Below are positions 27,327 to 36,648 of a DNA stretch of 64,000 bases, one piece after another. The stretch spans positions 10,232 through 74,231 of the IMG/VR virus record IMGVR_UViG_3300014168_000003. One strand, written 5' to 3'. Source of the DNA: a virus (taxonomy: Duplodnaviria > Caudoviricetes). Position 1 is the first letter of the stretch. Each line of letters opens with the position of its first letter. Below the pieces are notes generated by a model that worked only from the letters and a program-made list of their open reading frames with translations, ran no database searches and was not told where the DNA came from. A program made the position numbers and the translations under genes.

Positions 27327-29641
27327 TAGATGCCCTCGCCAGAACCTTCGATCTCAGACTCATCGATATCCTTTTCCTTCAAACCAAGCGCACGTTTGAA
27401 TTTATCTGCAATGTCAGTCGTAGTAAATGATTCAGAGCCAGCAACATTACTGTAGAGGTTCTCCAAGAAGGCGTTGAACTTGGAGTCATTGACGGTGAAA
27501 AGATCAGCTTCCAAGTTCTTGCGGCAGACTTCTGGGTCCACATCAAGGAGTTCAAGCAGAACACTAACCGGAACAGAGCCTTTCTGATAGAGATCAAACA
27601 ACATCTGATAGGTTTCCCCAGCATTGCGGAGAGCCATGCGACCAAACTTTACTTCTGGGTAGAGCCAGCGAGGTCGGCCATAGCGGTCGATTTCATAGAA
27701 GCCCTTTTTCATAGCGATGGGTTTAAAGATCAACTCCTGGACGATATACGCTACGACCGCACGGAATTGGAGATAAGTGGTACTGAGGATATCCAATTGG
27801 GTGCGGGTGTTGCTGTACAGCCCCTCACCATTGAGAATGTCGGGGCTGAAACCCAAACCAATCGCAAGGTCGTTGCCAGTATGATTCCACTCACCATCCA
27901 AGGTGAGGAGCCGACCTTCAGAACCAATCTCGTTCCATGTGCATTCATAATTCACAACTACGGTGTAGTCGGGATCCGCTTTGGCTTCATCAATATGGCC
28001 TCTAAGAGCCATCAACTCACCATTCGCCACACCCGGTGCGACCACCAAAGTCTTGGGCGTCATATTACGGGAAGCAATGGTTGTCTGAACCTGACGGAGC
28101 TTTTCACGATAGATGATGCTTCTCATGCAACGCTGAAGAATACTGCGTCCATGATCCTCGAACGGGGCCTTCTTACGTGCAAAATGAATCGCATAAGAGC
28201 CCTTAAATGGGTTATCATTCAGAGGGATAACTCCGTCCGCTGAAAGGCTATCTCTAACCTCATCAGGGGTGTCGGGATTGTCAATATAGGACGCTTTTGC
28301 ATCTTCTGGGGGCTTGTAGAAGATTGTAGGTTCCGATCCAAATGTCGAAGACTTTTTGATTTCCACATTTTCGGGAGGAAGAAGCTGGATACGGTCGAAT
28401 CCCATGTAATTTTTATTACACAGATGAGAAAAAAGTTCGAAATCGTTCTTGCGAATCTCATGAAGATCTTCCAATTCTTCCAGGAGATCTTTCTTTCTTC
28501 TCAAGAGCTTGATTACTTCTTCCATCCTGCGGGTCTCTAGATCCTTGGGAGGAACAGGCTGCTCCATGCCGGTGCCGGTATCATCCAAGCCCATATCCAT
28601 GCCGCCACCAAAGCCGCCTCCGCCACCTCCCCCACCACTGGAAGGCATGATTCCTCCGCCTCCACCAGCCGTGTCATCTTCGAAGCCCATATCCGTGTCG
28701 CCCCCACCCGCTTCATCACCTGGAGCCGGTAGATCAGTTCCACCGATGGGAGCATCAGTTGATTCCCCGATAGCTGCCCCACCACCATCGTCTGCTGCGG
28801 GGGGTGCGGCTTGCTTGGCTTCTGCGGTCTTCTCCAAGGTTTTCAGATCACTCATGATCTGGGTGAGAGCCGCTACCTTCTTACGAATAGCCTTATCCGT
28901 TTCGGCCAGAGGGTCGAATCCTAACTGGGCTGCCAACTTAGCCGAAGAGTGCTTGGTAGTCATGCTGACTGCCTCAGAGCCCCAAGAGGTGTTATCAGTC
29001 TCGAAATAAGAACGAGACTGTCCCTGTTCGGCCATCTTCTGATCATCTTGCTCATCCATGGCCTGAACATACTCTTCAGCCGCTTCAGATGGTTTGATGT
29101 CCGGATCGTCTTCTACAAACAGGAAGGCTTCACCAATGTTCCAATACTCACGACTGGCGTGAAGAAGGGTCTCAAACAACCTTGAGTTGGTTACCAAACC
29201 CTGATAGAAGTCATAGATATAATCGCCAAAAGCCTCAGATGAGCACTTTGGGCGATCAAGATTGATCTTATTCATAGGAATTTCAGTATGCAGATCAATA
29301 CCCCGTCCGACGATTGGGTCACGATCATATGCTAGACGGTAGAATCGGAGTTCCTGGGCTCTAGATTGCGGAAGCTCAAGTGCGTCAACAGGGAACTCAT
29401 AGCTGTAGTACCCAATGTTTTCAGAGTCCGAAATGTTGGCGGGGCCATTCTCTCCGGCCCACAAATCTGCACTCTTCCGCATCTTGTTAGCCATCCGAAC
29501 CTTAGCATCAGCGGATGAGGCGTTCCTAATGGGGTCCACAACCGTGCCATTGGTATCGAAACTAGAGTATTTCCCTACGGAGAACTGCGGGATATCCCTA
29601 CTTGCTACTTTGATTCTCGTCTGCTTACGTCTTCCTGCCAT
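27326..29641 (-). CDS. Portal protein with a Gly/Asp-rich low-complexity insertion
   Basis: FYRLAYDRDPIVGRGIDLHTEIPM, YWNIGEAFLF, RKKAPFEDHGRSILQRC, DLAIGLGFSPDIL, size and context. Confidence 0.7.
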   Translation of the reverse strand: MAGRRKQTRIKVASRDIPQFSVGKYSSFDTNGTVVDPIRNASSADAKVRMANKMRKSADLWAGENGPANISDSENIGYYSYEFPVDALELPQSRAQELRFYRLAYDRDPIVGRGIDLHTEIPMNKINLDRPKCSSEAFGDYIYDFYQGLVTNSRLFETLLHASREYWNIGEAFLFVEDDPDIKPSEAAEEYVQAMDEQDDQKMAEQGQSRSYFETDNTSWGSEAVSMTTKHSSAKLAAQLGFDPLAETDKAIRKKVAALTQIMSDLKTLEKTAEAKQAAPPAADDGGGAAIGESTDAPIGGTDLPAPGDEAGGGDTDMGFEDDTAGGGGGIMPSSGGGGGGGGFGGGMDMGLDDTGTGMEQPVPPKDLETRRMEEVIKLLRRKKDLLEELEDLHEIRKNDFELFSHLCNKNYMGFDRIQLLPPENVEIKKSSTFGSEPTIFYKPPEDAKASYIDNPDTPDEVRDSLSADGVIPLNDNPFKGSYAIHFARKKAPFEDHGRSILQRCMRSIIYREKLRQVQTTIASRNMTPKTLVVAPGVANGELMALRGHIDEAKADPDYTVVVNYECTWNEIGSEGRLLTLDGEWNHTGNDLAIGLGFSPDILNGEGLYSNTRTQLDILSTTYLQFRAVVAYIVQELIFKPIAMKKGFYEIDRYGRPRWLYPEVKFGRMALRNAGETYQMLFDLYQKGSVPVSVLLELLDVDPEVCRKNLEADLFTVNDSKFNAFLENLYSNVAGSESFTTTDIADKFKRALGLKEKDIDESEIEGSGEGI

Positions 29642-29655
29642 ATACCACCAAACTC

Positions 29656-29676
29656 CCTACGAAAGGGAGGAAAAGT
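29656..29676 (-). promoter_or_regulatory. Putative late-class promoter ACTT-N12-GTAGG upstream of portal
   Basis: Recurrent bipartite motif. Confidence 0.5.
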
Positions 29677-29685
29677 CCATTTTTA

Positions 29686-30153
29686 TCAGTTGCCCTTGGA
29701 CTCTTCTGTGGATTCAGGCAATTCTGGCGACTCTACGGGGGCCGGTAATGCATCGGGGAATGAGGCTGCGGTAGCTTCTGGAAGCTGAGGCTTAAGTTCT
29801 GCCACCTTCTTCTCTTTAGGTTGAGGGGCATTCTTCAGTCTGATAAATGTCTTATCTAATTTGTCAAATTCATTCACATACTTCTCAAATTCGCTGTCAG
29901 CGATGGTGATACATTCCTGGATATTTGACAGAATCATTTTGACCTGAACCAGATGTTCCAGCTTCTCACCCTCTACCTTCGCATACTTTCCCTTATCATC
30001 CAACTCCTTGAAAGACTCCAAGACGGTCACGCCAGATCCAAGGCACCCTTGCATCATGTCAATTAACCGCCTCATATGAGCCATTCGAAGCGTAGCATTT
30101 TCAATATCTCGCCCTAAATTGAGATATTTTGGATTTTTAGAGGTCACGAACAT
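29686..30153 (-). CDS. Hypothetical helical protein
   Basis: 155-aa co-oriented ORF. Confidence 0.6.
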   Translation of the reverse strand: MFVTSKNPKYLNLGRDIENATLRMAHMRRLIDMMQGCLGSGVTVLESFKELDDKGKYAKVEGEKLEHLVQVKMILSNIQECITIADSEFEKYVNEFDKLDKTFIRLKNAPQPKEKKVAELKPQLPEATAASFPDALPAPVESPELPESTEESKGN

Positions 30154-33100
30154 AACAGGTATTCCTTTGGAATCTCATCAGTAATAGTGTTGGGTATCTT
30201 GTAATATCGGCCATCAAATTCATAAATGAACTCAATCTCCTTCTTACCCAGTCCTGCTCCGATCAGAGTCTTGAATACCTTTTGTTCATCCAGGTCCATA
30301 TTCCGAATTACTGGGATTTTAGGAGTCGTGTCCACGACTGGCACCACTTCCTTACGGGCTGGCTCTTGAAAGAATACTTCTTCTTCAGCTTCTCCGGATG
30401 CTGCTTCCTCTACGGTATTCTGAACCACTTCAGGGGGCTGCTCAGTAGAGACAGCTTCCTGTACCTCTGGTTCCACTACCGGTTCGGATTCAGACAGAGC
30501 TTCCGGCTCCAACGTAACCTCTGTAGCGATGGGGATATCCTCTGGGGGGACCGAATCTAAGTAGCCGGAGAGGTTACCCACCAGCGGTTCCTCAGTGATC
30601 TTCAAGCCATTCTCCTCTGCGTATTCCAGCAATGTCAACGTATCACTTTCATCTTCGTCAATCTTCCAAAATTCATGAAGTTGAAGCATTATAATCAGGT
30701 AGTGACGAACCGTTTCAGGGTCATCATTAAACTCAGCCAAGTAGCCGTGAACTCTAGGGTGAAGCTGTTGTAGCCACTTGGTTACTCGCTCCCGGTCGCC
30801 CTTCATCCATGTGTCAACAATCCGGTCAACCACATCTTCAGCAAAATCAGGGGGGATGTAAGTCTCCATTCCAGAAATTGCTGTCCATCCAGCCGCCTTA
30901 TGTCCATCGTCTCCAGTGAGATGCTGGTTCACATCCCAGGTCTGTCCATATTCACAATCCGTTTCGATGGGAACCGGCCACCCTTTAGACTCATGGAGCT
31001 TACGGAGCTTCATCAATCGGTTAACTCTGGGCAGCACATAGGGGACGAACTCGTTTTTCACAGAGAAGTCGATTTCGTCATGCACGGTAAGATGAAGACG
31101 AAATACTTTTTCCAGACCAGGGTTGGCCAGAGCCCAAATTCTGATTTTGTTCAAAGCGGAGCGCATCAAGTCACCAGCAGTCCCCTGAAGAGGGATGTTG
31201 ATGGCGACTCGCTCTGCTTTACCTAGGAAGCGATTGAACTCTTGAACGTTTCGGACCCCAGATTTAGGATTAGCCCAGATCGCTTCCGCAGTTCTTTTGA
31301 CTGCCAGCGCATCCTCTTTAAGCTCCAGGCGAGTAAGCTCTACCTCACGCTTACACAGTTTCTTCCACTCCCAGAAGTTATCCTTTTCCCACTGCTCTGG
31401 TTTGTGGATACGGAACCCCTTCATAGCTGATTCAAAATTGACGATTCGGCCTGTTGGGGTGCGGCAAATCAACTTCGCTCTAGCCACATCACGCTTATTC
31501 TGGCACCATGCGGCGAATGTGGGCACTGAATCCCAATACTTTTGAACCAATTCTTCGGCTTCTTCAAAGCTGATATTGAACCCTGCTTTGTTCATGTTTT
31601 CCTTGATCGTATAGGCGGTTCCACCATACAACAGGGCGAAATTGATGATCTTGGCCAGAGCACGAAGCTCCTTCTTTCTAGCCTTGGGGGTGTTCGGATT
31701 AGAAAACTCAGGGAAGAGGGCTGTTGCGGTGAGGGAGTGGAAATCTCCCGTTCCTTCCATGAACTCCTTAATGAATAGCGGCTCCTTTGAAATGTTTGCC
31801 GCCACTCTCATTTCGATGTTACTGTAGTCGGAACTGAACATTGTCCAGCCAGGGTCTGCAACGATCAGACCTCTGAAATTAATGATTTCATTGGCATCGA
31901 TTCGTTCAGGTTTTTGAGCCCGTAGACAGGACTTGCAAGACGGAACCATGCAGTAGCGTCTGCCAAAATAAGTAGCAGTATGGTTATTCGGGTCGATGTT
32001 AGGGGCGGTCTTCCCATCCTTGATGCACGAGGGTTCAAGCATGGAATTGTCAGGGTATTCAGTAAAGACAGATAACGCAGCCATTTCCTCCGGAAGCGTA
32101 TCCAAGAGCCACCCCTTAACCCACCAGTTTCCACCTACCTTCTTGATGGCCTGGGGATTAAGCTGACAGCCTCCATCTTTTTCGAACTCACCACCCGCAG
32201 CCGCGAGACGACCTCCAGCTACTACGTTCTGCTTGAGGTAGAACCGGATTGTGTGATCAATCGGGTCGTAACGCATACTGGCTGGATGCAAAGCCGCATA
32301 CTCACGGAAGTCCATCAGTTTGATCAGGAACTCATCCGTTGGGTACCGCTTGTGAAGCTCCTTCAGCACTCCGATAGCCGTAGAGGGGTCATTAGTTTTT
32401 TCCGACCGTTCAATTACCTCCATGCCTCTATCTTCAAAGAGAATCTTGGTGATTTGAGGTGTAGAGCCAGGATTGAAATTTTCGATGCCTGAAATCTGGC
32501 CCAACTCTTCAGTGAGTTGCTTAACCCGACTAGCATGGAAATCAATGGTGTTTTGCAGACGGTCTCCGTCCACACGAGGACGTTGACGCTCAATCCAGGT
32601 GATCGTGTCCACTAATAGATGGTCTAACCGATGGACCCCCAACATCTGGGAGAAATCTCGCTCCTGATGGGATAGTCTCCATAGCAGCCAAGTCGTGATC
32701 GCGTCAGATGCGGCATACCAGAGAGCCATTTCAGTTGGAACCCAGGTGAATGGGCAATAGACCATGCGCTGAGTGTATTTCTCCAGTTCCACATTCCAGA
32801 CCTTAGCCTTCACCTTGACCAAATCTTCCAATTCAATCTGTTCGAATCCCAGCTTCACCTTGGACAGGTTCTTCAAGCCCTCTTGAAGGCTTCCAGCCCC
32901 CTTGTCATCGACCTTGGCCTTGGGGTCATCCAGGTAGGTCAGGGTCTGAACATCTTCAAAGAAAGGGTAGTCCCTAAAGGTCAGGCCAAGGCTAAGCCGC
33001 AATACCTCACGGTCGAACTTGGCGTTGAAGAACACCAAATGGCACTGATCAAATAGCCTCTGAAGGATCGGGGCCAGTTCGGTAGCGGGGATGTTCCGGC

Positions 33101-33536
33101 CATTCTCGTGCCCGACTGGAATGTAGAGCCCCTCCAGGCCGTCTGCTGACAGACAGACACCAGCCAGTTTGGTCCGCATCTTCCCATCAACTACACGAAT
33201 ATCCAGACCATCCGTCTCAGTGTCCACCGCAATGACGGGACCGGTGTGGGTGGCCCATGAGTGGGTCTGGGAGCGTCCAGGATCGCTCATGACCATATCA
33301 ACCCAGCGTTGAAGCTCTTCAGCCGTGTCGATCAGCCTGAACGACTTGGTGGCCATCCATGGCTTCTTCAGATTTTCGATATCGATAAGAGCCAACCGCT
33401 CCATGAATATTTCACGGAGGGTCTTGATAACTTTGGGAGCCTTGGGCTTTTTCTCAGCCTTTTCTTTCTTTTTACGAGGCTTCTTCCCTGTTATTACAGG
33501 ATCTTGTTCATTTATTGCTTCTTCCAGTTCCTTCAT
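30144..33536 (-). CDS. polA: Family A DNA polymerase with 3'-5' exonuclease
   Basis: Exo: AVDTETDG, FNAKFD, YAASDA. Pol A: SSDYSNIEMRVAA; B: RALAKIINFALLYG; C: TVHDEIDF. Start probably ATG 33536 (track 33614). Confidence 0.95.
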   Translation of the reverse strand: MKELEEAINEQDPVITGKKPRKKKEKAEKKPKAPKVIKTLREIFMERLALIDIENLKKPWMATKSFRLIDTAEELQRWVDMVMSDPGRSQTHSWATHTGPVIAVDTETDGLDIRVVDGKMRTKLAGVCLSADGLEGLYIPVGHENGRNIPATELAPILQRLFDQCHLVFFNAKFDREVLRLSLGLTFRDYPFFEDVQTLTYLDDPKAKVDDKGAGSLQEGLKNLSKVKLGFEQIELEDLVKVKAKVWNVELEKYTQRMVYCPFTWVPTEMALWYAASDAITTWLLWRLSHQERDFSQMLGVHRLDHLLVDTITWIERQRPRVDGDRLQNTIDFHASRVKQLTEELGQISGIENFNPGSTPQITKILFEDRGMEVIERSEKTNDPSTAIGVLKELHKRYPTDEFLIKLMDFREYAALHPASMRYDPIDHTIRFYLKQNVVAGGRLAAAGGEFEKDGGCQLNPQAIKKVGGNWWVKGWLLDTLPEEMAALSVFTEYPDNSMLEPSCIKDGKTAPNIDPNNHTATYFGRRYCMVPSCKSCLRAQKPERIDANEIINFRGLIVADPGWTMFSSDYSNIEMRVAANISKEPLFIKEFMEGTGDFHSLTATALFPEFSNPNTPKARKKELRALAKIINFALLYGGTAYTIKENMNKAGFNISFEEAEELVQKYWDSVPTFAAWCQNKRDVARAKLICRTPTGRIVNFESAMKGFRIHKPEQWEKDNFWEWKKLCKREVELTRLELKEDALAVKRTAEAIWANPKSGVRNVQEFNRFLGKAERVAINIPLQGTAGDLMRSALNKIRIWALANPGLEKVFRLHLTVHDEIDFSVKNEFVPYVLPRVNRLMKLRKLHESKGWPVPIETDCEYGQTWDVNQHLTGDDGHKAAGWTAISGMETYIPPDFAEDVVDRIVDTWMKGDRERVTKWLQQLHPRVHGYLAEFNDDPETVRHYLIIMLQLHEFWKIDEDESDTLTLLEYAEENGLKITEEPLVGNLSGYLDSVPPEDIPIATEVTLEPEALSESEPVVEPEVQEAVSTEQPPEVVQNTVEEAASGEAEEEVFFQEPARKEVVPVVDTTPKIPVIRNMDLDEQKVFKTLIGAGLGKKEIEFIYEFDGRYYKIPNTITDEIPKEYLLCS

Positions 33537-34143
33537 TCGAGACTCGTCCTGATAACCTAATACTCTCAAGCCGCTTTCGTCCAAGAACCCGTGCCAAAAA
33601 TAGAGGGTCATCAAGATGCAGAGCTAAGAAGTATTTCTTTATCAGATACTTAGCATCCTCCACCGTTTCAATCAAGGTAGGGGCTACGGTGAGAAACACG
33701 GGGGCCAGATCTTTCACTGTGAATGGGTCTGACTCCTCTTCGTCCTCCTCCTCTTCTTCATCCGGCTCAATAGGTTGTCCTGCAATCGGAGGGAGCTTGA
33801 AGTGCTTCTCCAGCCATTGCAAGGCGGCTACCTTATTGATGCCAAAGTATTTAGCGATAAAATTCACATTATCGTAGAATTGATCCTTGGGGGTGCCGGG
33901 ACAACCGAAGCAAGAGGCTGAATTGGACTCATCATAGAAGGTGAAGCTGGGGGTAGAGTCTGAACCATGGAAGGGGCAATTGATCTTGTTCCCTGACATA
34001 TGCCATAGGTGAGCCCTGCTCAGAATCTCTTCTGCCAGATCCTTGAACACGATCTCATTGCGAACTCGCTCCCAGCGTTCCGGAGCAATTTCTTGGTCCA
34101 GACCTGGGAGCTTGTCTCCAAATTCAAAATCTTCTTCACTCAT
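33508..34143 (-). CDS. Stand-alone CHC2 zinc-finger (primase zinc-binding domain) protein
   Basis: KINCPFHGSDSTPSFTFY..ASCFGC..DNVNFIAKYFGINKVAALQWL. Start placed at ATG 34143 because the longer track ORF overlaps the tRNA-like element. Confidence 0.8.
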   Translation of the reverse strand: MSEEDFEFGDKLPGLDQEIAPERWERVRNEIVFKDLAEEILSRAHLWHMSGNKINCPFHGSDSTPSFTFYDESNSASCFGCPGTPKDQFYDNVNFIAKYFGINKVAALQWLEKHFKLPPIAGQPIEPDEEEEEDEEESDPFTVKDLAPVFLTVAPTLIETVEDAKYLIKKYFLALHLDDPLFLARVLGRKRLESIRLSGRVSNEGTGRSNK

Positions 34144-34172
34144 TCTTAGCCTTTGGTACAATATTACTCTGT

Positions 34173-34284
34173 AGGTGCGAAAGGATTCGAACCTTTCCGC
34201 AAGCAGGGGATTTAGCCCCACCTACTACCCGTGAGATAACTCGCCGCTAAGCATGGGAGCCGTGATCCCAAGTCATCCACACCT
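34173..34284 (-). ncRNA. tRNA-like RNA (112 nt) with expanded, non-canonical anticodon arm
   Basis: Acceptor AGGTGTG/CGCACCT, T-arm AAAGG-TTCGAAT-CCTTT, D-like arm TGA-CTTGGGA-TCA, long variable-type hairpin; no encoded CCA. Confidence 0.55.
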
Positions 34285-34289
34285 TTACT

Positions 34290-34445
34290 TCAATCCATAT
34301 GTACCCGTTCAGACTCTTCGACATCCTCACAATCTTTCCAACCATCTCGCCAATCACGAGATTTAGTGGGATCGTATGGAGCCCTCTCCACTCGCGCATT
34401 CCAGCCCTCATCATAATAACCATTGGGTTTAGTAGCCACCTTCAT
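34290..34445 (-). CDS. Small Rmf/CrpP-like protein
   Basis: YYDEGWNARVERAPYDPTKSRDWRDGW follows the G..A....PY......W..GW pattern; AAGGAG RBS favours the GTG start at 34439. Confidence 0.45.
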   Translation of the reverse strand: MKVATKPNGYYDEGWNARVERAPYDPTKSRDWRDGWKDCEDVEESERVHMD

Positions 34446-34467
34446 CTCCTTAAAATGTACAATTGTT

Positions 34468-34803
34468 TCAGTTAGGAAGCACTTCCCGTCCACATTCGAC
34501 AGGAGCACAATTAATGAACCGCACCGGCAGATCACAGGTCTCAGGATAGCGGCCCTCGAACCAGCGGATGATGCTGGGAAGATCCGTCCGATCTACCCAC
34601 CTGTCATAGTAGATCCAGAAGGCGAGGTGGGGGATGCCATGAGGGCGAACCCAGAAACCTGCGGCTCCATAGCTCCGCACTTGCATGTGTGGGGGGTACA
34701 CCTTCTTCTGCCGATGGGCCTTGGTATGGTTCTGCTCAGGGGGATCCACCCGTTTCTCATCGGCAGCTTTGGGGATTCCCATGATCTTGTCAGCCTTGCT
34801 CAT
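34468..34803 (-). CDS. Hypothetical protein
   Basis: 111 aa with GGAGGAG RBS. Confidence 0.6.
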   Translation of the reverse strand: MSKADKIMGIPKAADEKRVDPPEQNHTKAHRQKKVYPPHMQVRSYGAAGFWVRPHGIPHLAFWIYYDRWVDRTDLPSIIRWFEGRYPETCDLPVRFINCAPVECGREVLPN

Positions 34804-34845
34804 TTAAACTCCTCCGGATTTGAAGTGGTGCTGGTATTGACGTTG

Positions 34846-35658
34846 TTAGTCTCCTGCTTGGAACGACTTGGAGAGCCGGATCAGCTTCTTCCGGTCACGA
34901 AGGTAGCGATTCTGGTCATAGCCCAGAACCTCCAGGATCTCATCCACCTTGTCCTTGTTCATGATCGCATGAACCAGAGGGAGGAGATTCGGATCCTTTC
35001 GCTCCACGAAATCTCTGAACTGCTGGACGAACACATCATCCGCAGTAAGGGGGCGGTTTTCGGCCACCTGATCCCGGTAGAGACTGGAGCGGTCCATCAG
35101 CAGGTATTCACGGCTGATCGGCCCGTTGGATTCATCCATGCCCTGAATAGGGGTGGGGGAGTCCAGGCTAAACAAGGAGTGGCTGGTCGCATCCTTGCCA
35201 TACTTGGATCGAAGGCTCAGGTACTTGTGGCAGAGGCACGTATTGACGAAGTTGAAGAACCGACGAGCCGAAGCCCCATATTGAGCCCATGGGTTGAAGG
35301 CGTGGATCACATCGGTGAACCCCAGCTTGTGCAGGGTTCCTCCGATCTCACGATCCTCCTCACCCTCACCACCTTTGATGGTGCGACCGTGGTGAAGCTG
35401 GTACAAGTGCGTCAACAGCGTCTGGGTCCAGTCCTCCACATCTGGGTGGCTGCTGCACTTGCGGAGCTTCTTCGACACCCAGTTCCGAACGTACACGGGG
35501 TAACGTTCGAAGAACTCGATGAAGTTTGCCGGAACGACGAACCCATCCTGGCCGATGAAGTGGGTTCCGTCTCCAGTGAACGGCTCCCCCTCGTACCCAG
35601 GCATGGCATCAGAGCCGTGTCCTAGCATTTTTGAAGAGAAAACAAAAGAGTCTGTCAA
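34846..35658 (-). CDS. Sigma-70 (ECF-like) RNA polymerase sigma factor
   Basis: Region 2-like DVEDWTQTLLTHL and FFNFVNTCLCHKYLSLRSK, SLD, region 4-like DEILEVLGYDQNRYLRDRKKL. Confidence 0.6.
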   Translation of the reverse strand: MTDSFVFSSKMLGHGSDAMPGYEGEPFTGDGTHFIGQDGFVVPANFIEFFERYPVYVRNWVSKKLRKCSSHPDVEDWTQTLLTHLYQLHHGRTIKGGEGEEDREIGGTLHKLGFTDVIHAFNPWAQYGASARRFFNFVNTCLCHKYLSLRSKYGKDATSHSLFSLDSPTPIQGMDESNGPISREYLLMDRSSLYRDQVAENRPLTADDVFVQQFRDFVERKDPNLLPLVHAIMNKDKVDEILEVLGYDQNRYLRDRKKLIRLSKSFQAGD

Positions 35659-35682
35659 GAAAACCTCCTGTGGTCCTGCAAC

Positions 35683-35715
35683 CTATTATACCCATCCTCC
35701 GGCGAAAACCTATAC
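35683..35715 (-). promoter_or_regulatory. Putative sigma70-like early promoter upstream of the sigma-like gene
   Basis: TGGGTATAATAG plus upstream TATAGG, with the same spacing as at 20834-20866. Confidence 0.55.
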
Positions 35716-35727
35716 GGAAATTTTTGC

Positions 35728-36414
35728 CTAGTGAGAATGTTCTGACGAACGATCACTACTACGCCTGAACTTCTGTTCATCCAGGAGCATGTGCTCATCC
35801 AGTATGCGTTGGATTTCCTTGTTCTGCAACAAAATTTGTTGGTTCTGCTGCAACAATTGGTCATTTATCGCTTTCTGGTCGGTGACAATCGTCTTGCTGA
35901 CGGAGGACATAATCCACGCAGAGATAAGGGTCACTATGACTGATACTCCAATCATCTGGATTGCGGTCATCCACCTTCCAAGTTTTTTTATTTTATCAGA
36001 CTCTTCGGCCAGGGTCTGGGGGTCGATCCCATGGGACTTGAGCGTCTCGTTGGTCGCCCTTTGCACCCGAAGCCAATCATTATCTATCTTGGCCAGATGG
36101 TTGGTGAACACATCTGCCGCAGCTTTAATCTCAGCCAGACGATCCTGGACAGCTTTGCTGTTGGTTTCAAGATAGAGATTGATATCCTCAAGACCTTCGC
36201 TCACTTCTTCTGAATCAGCTTTCTTGCCTAGCGTCTCCTGCACCTGACCGATGAGTTGGTGAAGTTTGAACACAGCGGAGCCGATCTGACGCTCTGTGTC
36301 GTAGATTTCTTGAAGATCATCCTTTATAGTGGTCTTACTCGGCAGATACCGAGGGCCAGATTTCTTCCCGTTCTCACTGGAAGTTTCCTCATCGTCAAAC
36401 AGTTCTTCGCTCAT
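35728..36414 (-). CDS. Coiled-coil protein with one TM helix
   Basis: TM AIQMIGVSVIVTLISAWIM flanked by heptad repeats. Confidence 0.65.
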   Translation of the reverse strand: MSEELFDDEETSSENGKKSGPRYLPSKTTIKDDLQEIYDTERQIGSAVFKLHQLIGQVQETLGKKADSEEVSEGLEDINLYLETNSKAVQDRLAEIKAAADVFTNHLAKIDNDWLRVQRATNETLKSHGIDPQTLAEESDKIKKLGRWMTAIQMIGVSVIVTLISAWIMSSVSKTIVTDQKAINDQLLQQNQQILLQNKEIQRILDEHMLLDEQKFRRSSDRSSEHSH

Positions 36415-36608
36415 CCTAATTTCTCTCTCACTCTCAATAAGGCTTCACGCACTTTTAATACAGAAGTCTGCAAATCATTTAAAGAGTTCAAGATTCGGTC
36501 TTGAACCATTACCAGGGAGCCTGTATCTTCTTCTATCTGACCAATTCGCTTAGTCAGATGCTCGATATCCTGTTGGATTTTGCATAGCAGTTCATCAGAG
36601 TCTGACAC
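36411..36608 (-). CDS. Small coiled-coil protein
   Basis: 65 aa, ATGA overlap with the next gene, late-class motif upstream at 36619-36640. Confidence 0.6.
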   Translation of the reverse strand: MSDSDELLCKIQQDIEHLTKRIGQIEEDTGSLVMVQDRILNSLNDLQTSVLKVREALLRVREKLG

Positions 36609-36648
36609 ACGCTTTCCTCTCTATCATAGCAGGGGAAAGTTTTGATTT

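Noticed and set aside
31860-32140. Intein in the DNA polymerase
   Set aside because: Too short, with no C/S start plus His-Asn end and no LAGLIDADG motif.
34144-34221. N-terminal extension of the CHC2 ORF called by the track
   Set aside because: It overlaps the T-arm and acceptor stem of the tRNA-like element; ATG 34143 follows the SAGTAWTA motif.
34200-34222. Canonical tRNA-Phe(AAA) using the CTAAATC loop as anticodon
   Set aside because: It would need a D-region of about 55 nt and a pyrimidine at position 37; not a credible standard tRNA.
34423-35625. 400-aa plus-strand ORF
   Set aside because: Antisense to the GC3-rich sigma-like gene and its neighbour; a stop-free shadow frame.
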